Source of the DNA: Scyliorhinus canicula
Lineage: Eukaryota
DNA: 64,000 nucleotides
Assembly: GCF_902713615.1 (NCBI RefSeq)
Contig: NC_052164.1
Coordinates: 47,371,248 to 47,435,247, forward strand
Reading direction: 5' to 3'
Part shown: positions 1 through 12,438 of the stretch, in pieces
How positions within the stretch are numbered: the first letter of the stretch is position 1
Layout: each line of letters begins with the position of its first letter
Notes under the pieces: model-generated
Told to the model about the DNA's origin: nothing
What the model saw: only the letters and a program-made list of their open reading frames with translations
The model's database searches: none
Translations under genes and position numbers: made by a program

Positions 1-109
1 GGATGATAAGGGCAGAGTGTAGGTTAGATGGCCTTTAGTTTTTTCCATGTCGGTGCAACATCGAGGGCCGAAGGGCCTGTACTGCGCTGTATCGTTCTAT
101 GTTCTATGA
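1..109 (+). mobile_element. 3' tail of CR1/HER1-type LINE or its partner SINE
   Basis: gggccgaagggcctgtactgcgctgtatc followed by (gttctat)n, the same tail as the CR1/HE1 copies elsewhere in the window. Confidence 0.7.
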
Positions 110-404
110 TCGGAGAGACAGCCTAGTCTGTATGAACCAGTTTATACGGACAGTGTAGTCTGTATGAACCAGTTTGCTCTTCCTGTACTGAGCACAGTTT
201 CAAAATTTGAAAATGTTACAAAACTTGGGAGTATTGTGAACTGAGGAAGATGATGTTGAACTTCAAAAGAACATAGGTTGGTGGAATGAATGAGCAAGTG
301 GCATATGAAACTTAATGTAGAGAGTATTCGCTTGGCAGGAAGAACGCGAAGAAACAATTATTTTTAAAAAGGGTACAATTTAAAATAGAGTACAGGAGCT
401 GGGG

Positions 405-797
405 AACATACGAACATAATAAGAACATAAGAACTAGGAGCAAGAGTAGGCTTCTGGCCCCTGAGCCTGCTCTGCCATTCAGTAAGATCATGGCTGATCT
501 TTTTGTGGACTTGGCACCATTTTCCTGCCTGCTCACCATACTGTTCAATTTACTGTTTACTGTTCAAAAATCTATCTTTGCCTTAAAAACATTCAATGAG
601 GTAGCCTCAACTGCTTCACTAGGCAGGGATTTCACAGATAACCTTTTGGGTGAAGAAATTCCTCCTCAACTCGGTCCTAAATCTGCTCCCCCTTATTTTG
701 AGGCTGTGCCCTCTAGTTGTATTTTCACCTGCCAGTGGAAACAACCTCCCTGCTTTTATCTCATCTATTCCCTTCATAATTTTGTATGTTTCTGTAA
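405..797 (-). mobile_element. CR1 LINE 3' end, 5'-truncated
   Basis: Minus ORF with IMKGIDEIKAGRLFPLAGENTTRGHSLKIRGSRFRTELRRNFFTQ; (gaacataa)-type tail at 405-430. Confidence 0.85.
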
Positions 798-900
798 AAA
801 CCCTGGGTTTACGTGTACATAAGTCATTGGGGTGACTGGACAAGCTGAGAGTGCAGTTAATAAAGTATACAGCACTCTTGGCTTTAATAGGGGCATAGAA

Positions 901-1249
901 CACATACATACATACATACATACATACATACATACATACATACAGTGCAGAAGGAGGCCATTTGGCCCATCGAGTCTGCACCAACCACTTAAGCCTTCAC
1001 TTCCACCCTATCCCCGTAACCCAAAAACCCCTCCTAACCATTTTGGACACTAAGGGCAATTTATCACGTCCAATCCACCTAACTGCACGTCTTTGGACTG
1101 TGGGAGGAAACCAGAGCGCCAGGAGGAAACCCACGCAGACATGGGGAGGACATGCAGACTCCACACAGACAGTGACCCAGCGGGGAATTGAACCTGGTAC
1201 CCTGGCGCTGTGAAGCCACAGTTCTAACCACTGTGCTACCGTGCTGCCC
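901..1249 (-). mobile_element. HE1-type tRNA-derived SINE with (TATG)n tail
   Basis: Head gggcagcacggtagcacagtggttag, B-box ggttcaattcc, V-type core, CR1-like tail; (CATA)n at 902-942. Confidence 0.9.
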
Positions 1250-3265
1250 AAAAGTTAACACAAAAGTTAGGAGGTCATGTCAAATTTGTATAGAAAACCC
1301 AGGGCCTCAGTAGAAGTTAGGGCCATTTTCCTTGGAGAAGAGTAAGTGGAGAGGAGATTTGATAGAGGCATTCAAAATCATGAATGGTCTGAATTGATAG
1401 GGGAAAACTGTTCCTACTGATGGATGGACCGACATCAAGGTGGCGTAGGTTTGACATCAGATAAACATGCTCACACAAACTAATTGGGAGCAGGATTAGG
1501 CCCCTTGAGCCTTCTCTACCATTTAATAGATCATGGCTGATCTGATTGTAATCTCAACCATTAATGTGGTTGTCAATAGAAACAATGAAGGCATGAGGAT
1601 CATTTAAAGAGGGAAGTTGATTACTATCTGAAAGGAAGAATGTGTGGGGACGAGGCCAGGAATGGCACTCGGTGAATCGTTCCTTCGGAGAATCAGCACA
1701 GACATGATGGGCCAATTGGCCTCCTTTCTGTGCTGTAATCATTCTGTGATTGCATGGCAGGGGATTTTAATGGAATTGCAAGTAAAATAAATTATCTCAA
1801 TAAGTCCCTACATCAGAACTGCTGTTTTAAAAACATTATCACATTTATAGAGCTATGACATGTAAAAATAGGAACATGAGGATTCTGTCACTGAATGTGT
1901 GTGACACTGATGACATAGAATTTATTTGGAAATTACAGATAATGTTTAGCCTTCTTTTCTATCCCAATCAAATGAATATTTGTTAAAAGATGACACAAGT
2001 GAGTGGAGGCAGAAAAAAAACAAAGGCCCTTCGAAAAAAGAAATAAATTCTAGTATTCAGATTGTTCTGGAGAAGCTGCATTTCTGACTGAATCTCTTTA
2101 CTATCTGTCGTTTCTGCTGAAATGCATGTGAATAACCATTCACCAGAGATCTCTATAAATCCAATTACCTTAACAAAGGCCAAACCTGACGTGGTCGACA
2201 TGGGGGCAATGTATTCATTGCATTCACCCCTGAACTAAATTCCCTTTAACTTTTAAGATATTGCTGATGAGAGTCAGTATTTCTGGCTACATGAAGCATG
2301 TTTCCAATTTTTTTCTTGGCAGTCTTTTCCTGCTGCTTGTAGAGGAGGAAATGGGAAGCAGGGAAATAAGATAATGGAATATCTTCTGAGTTCAAGTGTT
2401 AAGCAGGTCAATACTGCAGCCATCCATCCCTTAACTGGTTGTAGGAAGTCAGAGACTGCAAATTTGCATTGTGAGAAGAATTAAAGGAGATATCAGTCAT
2501 AATAACTAGCTTTTTGCAGTTTACAATGGTGACATGATCAGATCAGCTTTTCACGCTGGGGCCTTTAACGGACACAATTCAGTTTTTCTTGCAAAGATGA
2601 AGCAGCACAGTATCATCAGTAACATAACTGATCCATTTTCTTAACTTCTTTTGCTGTTGATGACTAATTGGGTGAAATTAACAGCACTGGAACGGCAAAT
2701 TAAATGAAGGAACAGCCATGAGGCAGCCAGGTTAGTTATTCAGTTCCTGAGTAGATACGTATGATGTGCATGTGTTATATGCATGACAATGAAAATCTCT
2801 GAACTTAGAATGGAGCAACTCCAAATAAGCAACATGAGAAGCTTTTGCAAGCTTTCATGGAGATTTGCGTTGCATTAAAATCCTTCCATAAAAATTACTA
2901 ATTAAATATACTCTAATTAACTGTGACTTATTGTTAAACCTGGAGGAAATATCTTGACGAAAGCCTGAAACTAAATGCTTTTATCTCTGTCCGACTTCAC
3001 ACTACTGTAATATTGCAATGCTTAATTATCTTTAATAATACTGTAAATCTTAACTCATTTAATGATTTCTATAAATAAGATATCATTAAGTTGCATCATA
3101 ACTAAATGACACAGATGGGTCTGTGTAGCACTGCTTCAGCCAGTTCTTTGACCAGTTATATTTTGGAATAAATAAATTTACCATTATTTCTGCTGGATCT
3201 TGTTGCGCTTGATGAGAGTGAATGGTAGAAAGATACAGAAACTGTCAACTCTAAATTTGGAAACT

Positions 3266-3466
3266 GGGGCAGCACGATGGTGCAGTTGTTAGCACTACTC
3301 CCTCACGGTGCCGAGGACCTGGGTTCGATCCTGGCCCCAGATCACTGTCCGTGTGGAGTTTGCATATTCTCCCCCTGTCTGCGTAGGTCTCATCCCCACA
3401 ACCCGAAAGATGTGCAGGATATGTGGATTGGCCACACTAATTTGTCCCTTAATTGGTAATTTTAAA
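3266..3466 (+). mobile_element. Short A-tailed tRNA SINE (HE1-related head)
   Basis: ggggcagcacg head, gggttcgatcc B-box, ends cccttaattgg...tttaaaa. Confidence 0.85.
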
Positions 3467-3824
3467 ATGAGATTAGAAAACTGGTGCTGAGCCCTACAGC
3501 AAAAGCCTGATAGCTTAAAACTTCCTGAGATCTGCAAACCTCCAGCAGCCGAAGTTCACTTGGGTTTACACCAGAATGAAGATTCCAGCTGTGTCTATGC
3601 TATTCTGCACATTTGGGAGGCACTGAGCAGAAAAAAGGTGATCTTCAAGTGGTATTTCTGTGCATCATGACATAATTATGGTTTGTAAGTCTATTTTGTT
3701 CATGTAGGTCAGTACCACAACTATATTTATACCTACCATCTTCTTTCCAAAAGTATACCATTAATAAAACAAAACATTGCCGTTGTGCTACATGTTTGCT
3801 TCATATTCCATGGACAGATGCCCC

Positions 3825-5020
3825 AGTGCTCACCTCTTTTGAGTCACAAGGTGTTCTTGGTTCAAGTCCCACTCCAGGGCTGGCACTGCAGCACAGCACT
3901 CCTCACTCGTCAAAGGTGCTGTCTTTCTAATAAGATATTTAACAGAGAGGATGTAAAATATCCCATAGTATTTGTTTAAAAGTATATTTATTGAAGTTTT
4001 ACATTTTAACTAACAATGCAACAAAACCACAGGAATGGTACAGCACAGCAAGAAAGAAAACGTATCAATATACATGAATTCAGAGGGGGAATAGGATAAA
4101 TGGTTGAGTGCAGTCATCAGCCACAACTTGGTGCCTCTATAAGCCCCGCCTAAGAAGAAGGGCGAAACCGAGTAGCGCCATAAAAACATGGTAAAATGGT
4201 GCAGAGCTTCCCACGCAGCGATTGCTCGCAAATACCATGAGACTTCAGGATAAACGTTTTGCGCCAGTTTTGGCACTCACCAATATACATCTCCCGAGCA
4301 TTAGAGGCATCAATGACATACCGCAACCACCTCCCCTCGGACACGAGACCCATTACAAGTGGGGCAACAGGATAACAATCCAAGTCCAGGACTCTGCTCA
4401 ACCCCAGGCCCAGGGGCACAGAAGAGTCCAAACGTCAAGGATATTCAAAAATCTCCAAAGAAAAATCTAGCCTTTCAGGAAGCCCCGAATAAGTGCCTTC
4501 AGGATGGGACATCCCAAGCCCCAGGGGGCAACAGGATAACAACCACAACACCAGACCTAGCCTAGCACATTTTGATATACAGGTATCAGTACCCCGAGTG
4601 CCTCCAACACACCCCAAAACCCACACCCCAGCTGATCCTGCACCTCTTTGCAAAACCCCAATCAGGATTATTGGGACACAGTGCAAAAAAAAAGACAATT
4701 ATCAATGTACACTAGGATAAAGTAACATTAAAAGACGAGCGGAGCCAGAGTTCACAAAAATGAGCCTCTCGGTAATATTTTTGAAGAAGAGTACGGGAGC
4801 TATTCCCAGTGTCCTGGCTAATATTTATTCCTAAATCAACATCTCGAAAACAGATAATCTGGTCGTTCCCAGATTGCTGCCTGTGGGAGTTGTGTGCCTA
4901 TTGGCTGCTGTGTTTCTTACATTATCATAGTGACCTCACTTCACAAATACTTCATTGATTGTGAAGCGCTTTGTGACACCCAGTGTTGTGAAAAGCATTG
5001 CAAAGATGTAAATTATTCTT
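3825..5020 (+). mobile_element. Deu-domain/SacSINE1-like SINE split by an ~800-bp insertion
   Basis: Head with ggttcaagtcccactccag; ...gatgtaaaatatcccat | ttttgaagaagag...tgtcctggctaatatttattcc...cagataatctggtc...; L2-like tail; family identification from memory. Confidence 0.65.
3971..4772 (-). mobile_element. Unclassified retroposed insert with polyA signal and A-rich end (L1 3'UTR-like or retrocopy)
   Basis: Interrupts the SINE; minus strand ends aaacttcAATAAAtatacttttaaacaaa; no recognisable protein. Confidence 0.45.
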
Positions 5021-5839
5021 TTTTTTAATTATTAAAAAATACGAATGAAAATATATGCAGAACTGCCTGGAGCCAGACATTTAAAACATGTGCCAGAGAC
5101 ATGGCAATATTGCAACATGGTCAATTGTGGACCTGCTGGACTGCCATCTGTGTAATAGTCCTTCATCAAGTTTTCATACTCCAGTATAAAAGTGCAAATC
5201 CTTAAAGGGTATCTTTCAACCCATTATGCCTTTCCTGTGTCCTCTTCACTTTATTCATCCACGTGACTCCATTTCCCTTAATTCTGTGTGCCATTATGTT
5301 GTTATAGGTTTCTTACATGATGCATTATCAAATACAATTTCCAAATCTGCATAAGCTACTGCATTTCCTTTATTTTCAGTTACTTCAAATAATCCTCTCC
5401 AGACATTTGTGCAGACTGGCCTTCATTAATTCATGTCTTTCCAAATGCTTAATAATTTCACAGAAGTTTCATTATTAGTAGTTTATCAATAACGGAAATA
5501 AAATTAGCTGGTCTATAATTTTTTGGCATATGCTCGTTTCCTTTTTCAAGTGACATGTGTTACTCTATTTCCAGAATATTGTAAAATCAAATCCTGGTAA
5601 TTTGTCCATCTTAAATTAGAATAATATCCTTGATGTTGTTTCTCTGGAAAGTACCTTCCACTAAGTAACAATAGAACCATGGTAGTTCAACAGTTCATGT
5701 CCACTTCCTCTGAAAATTGAATTCTGGAAATATTCAGCAGGCCAGGAGAGAGGGACAGTGTTAACTGCCTGCTTTATTTAGGTGCTGAGGGGGCAGTGAG
5801 CATTAGTGTGGAGGTCAGAGGAAAAGGGGGTGAAAAGGG

Positions 5840-7974
5840 GAGTTTTAGAATACTCATGGACAAGGACAAGAGTGGTCCGAAAGGAAGAGTACTAAATTGG
5901 GGAAAGGCAGAGTATAACAAAATTCGGCAGGAGCTAGGGAATGTGGATTGGGAGCAGCTGTTTAAGGGTAAATCAACATTCGAAATGTGGAAGTCTTTTA
6001 AGGAAAGGTTGATTAGAGTGCAGGACAGACATGTTCCTGTGAAAATGAAAGCTAGAAATGACAAGATTAGGGAACCATGGATGACGGGTGAAATTGTGAG
6101 ACTAGCTAAGATGAAAATGGAAGCATACATAGGATTGAGGCAACTCAAAACTGAGGAAGCTTTGGAGGAATATCGGGAAAGTAGGATGAATCTCAAACGC
6201 TCAATAAAGAGGGCTAAAAGGGGTCATGAAATATCTTTGGCTAACAGGGTTAAGGAAAATCCCAAAGCATTTTATTCGTATGTAAGGAGCAAGAGGGTAA
6301 CTAGAGAAAGGATTGGCCCATTTAAAGACAAAAGAGGGAATTTATGCGTGGACTCAGAGGAAATGGGTGAGATTCTTAATGAGTACTTTGCATCGGTATT
6401 CACAAAGGAGAGGGACAAGACGGATGTTGAGGCTAGGGATGGATGTTTAAATACTCTCGGTCAAGTGGTCATACGGAAGGGGGAAGTTTTGGGTATTCTA
6501 AAAGACATTAAGGTGGACAAGTCCCCAGGACCAGATGGGATCTATCCCAGGTTACTGAGGGAAGCAAGGGTCAAAATAGCTGGGGTCTTAACAGATATCT
6601 TTGCAGCATCCTTGAGCATGGGTGAGGTCCCGGAGGACTGGAGAATTGCTAATGTTGTCCCTTTGTTTAAGAAGGGTAGCAGGGATAATCCAGGGAATTA
6701 TAGACCTGTGAGCTTGACGTCAGTGGTAGGCAAACTGTTGGAGAAGATACTGAGGGATAGGATCTATTCACATCTGGAAGAAAATAGACATCAGTGATAG
6801 GCAGCATGGTTTTGTGCAGGGAAGGTCATGTCTTACAAACCTAATAGAATTCTTTGAGGAAGTGACAAAGTTAATTGATGAGGGAAGGGCTGTAGATGTC
6901 GTATACATGGACTTTAGTAAGGCGTTTGATAAGGTTTCCCATGGCAGGTTGATGGAAAAAGTGAAGTCGTATGGGGTTCAGGGTGTACTAGCTAGATGGA
7001 TAAAGAACTGGCTGGGCAACAGGAGACAGAGAGTAGTGGTGGAAGGGAGAGTCTCAAAATGGAGAAGGGTGACTAGTGGTGTTCCACAGGGATCCGTGCT
7101 TGGACCACTGTTGTTTGTGATCTACATAAATGACCTGGAGGAAGGTATAGGTGGTCTGATTAGCAAGTTTGCAGATGATACTAAGATTGGTGGAGTTGCA
7201 GATAGCGAGGAGGACTGTCAGAGAATACAACAAATATAGATAGATTGGAGAGTTGGGCAGAGAAATGGCAGATGGAGTTCAATCCAGGCAAATGCGAGGT
7301 GATGCATTTTGGAAGATCAAATTCAAGAGCGGACTATATGGTCAATGGAAGTGTATTGGGGAAAATTGATGGCAGAGAGATCTGGGAGTTCAGGTCCATT
7401 GTACCCTGAAGGTGGCAACGCAGGTTGATAGAGTGGTCAAGAAGGCATACAGCATGCTTGCCTTCATCGGACGGGGTATTGAGTACAAGAGTTGGCAGGT
7501 CATGTTACAGTTGTATAGGACTTTGGTTCGGCCACATTTGGAATACTGCGTGCAGTTCTGGTCGCCACATTACCAGAAGGATGTGGATGCCTTGGAGAGG
7601 GTGCAGAGGAGGTTCACCATGATGTTGCCTGGTATGGAGGGTGCTAGCTATGAAGAAAGGTTGAGTAGATTAGGATTGTTTTCGTTGGAAAGACGGAGGT
7701 TGAGGGGAAAATTATGAAAGATATGGACAGGGTGGACAGCAACAAGCTTTTCCCAAGAGTGGGGGTGTCAGTTACAAGGGGTCACGATTTCAAGTTTAGA
7801 GGGGGAAAGTTTAAGGGAGATGTGCGTGGAAAGTTTTTTACGCAGAGGGTGGTGGGTGCCTGGAACGCTTTACCAGCGGAGGTGGTAGAGGCGGGCACGA
7901 TAGCATCATTTAAGAAGCATCTAGACAGGTATATGAATGGGCAGGAACAGAGGGAAGTAGACCTTGGAAAATAG
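5840..7974 (+). pseudogene. CR1 ORF2 reverse transcriptase, frameshifted
   Basis: Consecutive ORFs 5796-6797, 6814-7239, 7412-7717 and 7714-7974 broken by frameshifts or small deletions. Confidence 0.9.
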
Positions 7975-8062
7975 GAGGCAGGTTTAGATAAAGGATCTGA
8001 ATCGGCGCAGGCTGGGAGGGCCGAAGGGCCTGTTCCTGTGCTGTAATTTTCTTTGTTCTTTG
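5840..8062 (+). mobile_element. CR1/HER1-type LINE, 5'-truncated, relatively young
   Basis: ORF2 pieces [49 protein letters not shown]; 3' tail gggccgaagggcctg...(ttctttg)n. Confidence 0.95.
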
Positions 8063-8364
8063 ACTTTGTCGGGGTGTGAAAGGGAGGAGGTGAAAATTGA
8101 TGGGGATTGTGGGAGGTTGTGCAGTTTTTGAGTTTGACCAGTAAAACTGTGTAAGTCAATGAACAGAAGAGAGAATGTAAGGGGTATGCCTTCAGTTCAC
8201 GATGAAAGAAGGGGACATGTCTTCACTGGAAATAGCGCTTGTCACTTGGCCTCTTGACTCTTCGTCCCTGGAGCCAGAACTGAAAGGTGCAAAGGCTCCT
8301 GTGTAAAATAGCAGGTGGACAGCTTGAGTCGCAATCAGTTTTGGGCACTCCTACTCTGCTGCTC

Positions 8365-8575
8365 ACTGGGTTTCCTCCGGGTGCTGCCACAGTCCAAAGA
8401 TGTGCAGGTTAGGTGGATTGGCCATGCTAAATTGCCCTTGGTGTCTAAAAAAGGATAGATGGGGTTACTGGGTTATGGGGATAGGATGGAGGTGTGGTTT
8501 TAGAGAGGGTGCTCATTCTGAGAGCAGGTGCAGACTCGATGGGCCGAATAGCCTCCTGCACTGTAAATTCTATAA
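8365..8575 (+). mobile_element. HE1-type SINE, 5'-truncated
   Basis: gggtttcctccgggtgct...aggttaggtggattggcc...gggccgaatagcctcc...ctgtaaattcta. Confidence 0.85.
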
Positions 8576-8578
8576 TAA

Positions 8579-8921
8579 TAGAACATAGAACAGTACAGCA
8601 CAGAACAGGCCCTTCGGCCCTCGTTGTTGTGCCGAGCAATGATCACCCTACTCAAACCCACGTATCCACCCTATACCCGTAACCCAACAACCCCCCTTCT
8701 TAACCTTACTTTTTAGGACACTACGGGCAATTTAGCATGGCCAATCCACCTAACCCGCATATCTTTGGACTGTGGGAGGAAACCGGAGCACCCGGAGGAA
8801 ACCCACGCACACACGGGGAGGACGTGCAGACTCCGCACAGACAGTGACCCAGCCGGGAATCGAACCTGGGACCCTGGAGCTGTGAAGCATTTATGCTAAC
8901 CACCATGCTACCGTGCTGCCC
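8579..8921 (-). mobile_element. HE1-type SINE, full length, young subfamily
   Basis: Near-identical to the copies at 19897, 52213 and 55813. Confidence 0.92.
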
Positions 8922-10360
8922 AATAATCTATGAAGGTCAATGATTTTTCATCAGAGCTGAAGAGGTCTCTCTGTTACATTCTTTTGTTTCCACTACATTA
9001 CCGTGGTGCTTATATTTGCTGGCATGTTCTACGCTTAGTTTGTTCACTTTCTTCCAATCTTCTCACCTTCATGTTGTTATGTGTCGCATTCCTGAATGCC
9101 ATATTACCTTCTCTCCTTTGAATTTCCTACCTTCCTATAGCTTTAGTCTTAAATGAATAGATAAGATTTATTTGTTTCTATCTGATGGGTTGGTCCTACT
9201 TTCCCTCTTTAGTCTCTCTGCTGTAATTGAGGCAGTTGACTGCCCCATCCTCCTCCATTGATACTCCTTCATTTCCTGCAAAGGATAAACCCAAGAAGAT
9301 TGCATTCTTACATAGTCATTATATCTCCAGCATTGGCTTCAATTTCTGTCGAGCAATGTGTATGTGTAGATTTTTTGTGAGATAGATTCTTCACCTATGA
9401 CATGCAATGGCATGAACTGCCTTAAATTTGCTATTTAACCTGGTGTGGTTCTTTACTTTCATGAATTACCTTCATTCAATTTTTTGTGGCAAAACATTCT
9501 TACCTCACTAAATTCACCTCTTAATTTTGAAGACTTTTCTAGTCTTTTGTTGAATGAAATTGAATCATAAACTCTTAATTTTGCCTCTGCAAATAGTCTC
9601 CATTATTCAACATCATTGGCTCATCTTTAATCATAACTTTTTTTCGATCCACTATTAGATTTATTAAAAAGCTATTTCACAAAATGGGTCAGCTGATTCT
9701 CTATGGTCTCATTCCTAAACTGACTTGGGTGCTTCAAAAATAATGGTGAAGATTCTAATTTCATTGCTTTTAGACTTAGTCCTGATAAGACTGTTGGATT
9801 CGCTGTTTTCTGGACTCAAGTAACATTGCAGGTCCTAATCTTCTCATCATCCTCGATGTTTCTTTCTGAATTGACCCTGTCCTATGCCATTGCTTCAGTC
9901 TCTTACTACTTGAAGCAGTCTTTGTTCACTATATTGTCATTTATTAAATGGAACCGTGCTGAGATGAACTTAAATTATCCTTTGGTTTAAAATTGCCATC
10001 TTGGCTTTCAGCGTAGTTGATCTTGTTGCCTATATTATGCATCTTTGATAGCCTACTGTTGAACATTTTGATGAATGAATCTTCTATGGTGTTGAACATC
10101 TCCAAAAGCTCAAAGAATATTTAACATTTCAGTTGGGTATACATGCTATTTATATATTCCCATTAAAGTTATTCTCATAACTGTTTACAACAGCAACTTG
10201 TATTTATAAAATATATTTAATATAATGAAACTTCCCAGTTTTCTCTTGGAGATTCTCTGAGCTTGACCATCCTCTTACTTTTACTTTAAAGATCCTTCAG
10301 AGCCCGGGTCTCTCTCTACTGTGGTGTTCTTTGTGTTGCTTATTTCAGGGTGGGTGGTCG

Positions 10361-10505
10361 GGTACACAGAGGGAGAATTTAGAATGTCCAAATTACCTAA
10401 CAGCATGTCTTTTGGGACTTGTGGGAGGAAACCGGAGCACCCAGAAGAAACAAATGCGGACACAGGGAGAACATGCAGACTACACACAGACAGTGAACCA
10501 AGCTA
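10361..10505 (-). mobile_element. SINE fragment (HE1 core with alternative 3' region)
   Basis: gagggagaatttagaatgtcc...gggacttgtgggaggaaaccggagcacc, as in the copies at 32295 and 62000. Confidence 0.75.
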
Positions 10506-10927
10506 GGAATCTTCAGAGACAGAAATTAAGTCCTATGGGATAAAATTTTTATTGTTTCATTATGATTCTAATTCTTACAAAGTACTAGGATAAGTAAAGC
10601 TTTGATTATCAGAGGATACCATAAATGGTTCAATCATAATGGAGGGTTCCGAGAATCTGTAAATGGTCCAATCATAACAGAGGAGGTGGGGAGCCTTGAA
10701 GCCCATTTAAATACCTTTTTGTGTTGGAAATGTAAAAGAAATTGCACGTAAAATTGTCGATACTTTGGCATTTTTCACCTTAAAATCTGACCTGTACCAT
10801 AATCTAGTGCAGTTTAGCGAGCATCATACATTTATCTCACTGTTTACACCATACTAAATTAACTTTGGACTCTTTAGACTCATATCGTCTTGAGATTGAG
10901 AAAGAAGGAAGAAATACTTTATTGATC

Positions 10928-11838
10928 ACATAGAAAATAGAAGCAGGAGGAGGCCATTCAGCCCTTCGGACCTTCTCCATCATTCATTGTGATCATGGCT
11001 GACCATCAAGTTCAAAACCCTGACCTGTCGTACCCCCAAAATCCCTTGATCCCTTTAACCCCAAAAGCTATATCTTCTCGAAATTACACAACGTTTTGGC
11101 CTCAACTACTTTCTTGGTTAGTGAATGCTACAGTTTCACCATTTTCTGGTAAACAAATTTCTCCTCACAGTCCTAAAAAGGTCTACCCCTTATCTTCAAA
11201 CTACGATCCCTAGTTCTGGACTGCTCCACCATTGGGAAAATTCTTTCTGAATCTATCCTGTCAGAATTTTAAAAGTTTCTTGAGATCCCTTTTCACTCTT
11301 CTAAACTACAATCAATATAATCCTTAACTGACTTAGTCTCTCCTCATTTGACAGTCCCGCCATCCCAGGAGTCAGCCTTGTAAACATTTGCTGTACTCCT
11401 TCCAGAGCAAGAACATCCTTCCTTGGATAAGGACACCAACACTGCACACAATACTCCAGGTGTGGCCTCACCAATGCCCTATAAAATTACAGTAAAACAT
11501 CCCTATTCCTATACTCAAATTCTCTAGTTATGAAGGCCAGCATACCATTTGCCTTCTTTACTGCCTGCTGTACCTGCACGCTTACTTTTAGCATCTGATC
11601 GACGAGGACACCAAGGCCTTGCTGAGTGTCCACCTCTCTCAGTTTACACCCATTTAAGTAATAATCTGCATTCCTATTTTTACTACCAACGCGAATAACC
11701 TTACATTTATCCACATTATATTGCATCTGCCATGCATGTGCCCACTCACTCAACCTGTCCAAATCAAGCTGAAGCATCTCTGCATACTCCTCACAGCTCA
11801 CCCTCCCACCCGACTTTGTCATCTGCTAGTTTGGAGAT
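10928..11838 (-). mobile_element. CR1 LINE 3' portion
   Basis: Minus ORF DLDRLSEWAHAWQMQYNVDKCKV...AVKKANGMLAFI; CR1 tail at 10928-11010. Confidence 0.9.
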
Positions 11839-12126
11839 AGTTTGGAGTGCACCTTATATTCCTATTGTTTTGCTTGATTCCATATAGGAAATTTCAGTAT
11901 TTTTTGAAGTTCGCCACAATGAAAACCAAAACCTCACCTTACTGTATTAAATTGCTTCCTTAACTGTAGATGCCTGCTAACTAATACTCTATATAATGTT
12001 GCTTTATTTGACAATGGTAGATTAAAATCAAATGGTGTGCCTTAATTGGGCTAATTGACATTGGATAGCTTTATTCTTTCAGCTTAAAAAATAGATGAGT
12101 TTCTGGTTTCATATCTGACTTCAGAG

Positions 12127-12438
12127 GGGGGCAGCACGGTGGCACAGTGATTAGCAGTGCTCCTCACAGCGTCAGGAACCCGGATTTAATCCGGCCTTTG
12201 GTAACTCTCACTGTGGAGTTTGCACATTCTCCTCGTAAGTTTTTGGGTTTCCTCCCATAGTCCAAAGTTGTGCAGGTTGGGAGGATTGGCCTTGCTAAAA
12301 TAGCCCCTTAGTGTCCAGATATGCGCAAGTTAGGTGGAGTTATGGAGATAGGGCAGGGGAGTGGGCCTAGGTAGGGTGCTCTTTCATTGCAAACTCAATG
12401 GGCTGAATGGCCACCTTCAGCACTGCACGGGTTCTATG
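12127..12438 (+). mobile_element. HE1-type SINE
   Basis: gggcagcacggtggcacagtg head, core, and gggctgaatggcc...ttctatg tail. Confidence 0.85.

Larger units (their letters stand above)
195..1445 (+). mobile_element. Old decayed CR1 RT remnant, interrupted by a younger CR1 tail (405-797) and a SINE (901-1249)
   Basis: Degenerate SKF(ADD)TKLG...W...KW.MKLN motifs at 195-330; reading resumes at 800-900 (LGLRVHKSL...AVNK...LGF.RGIE) and after 1255. Confidence 0.6.

Noticed and set aside
2262-2305. CTGATGA followed by a weak stem as another hammerhead
   Set aside because: No GAAA after the stem, no stem I/III, and no Penelope context.
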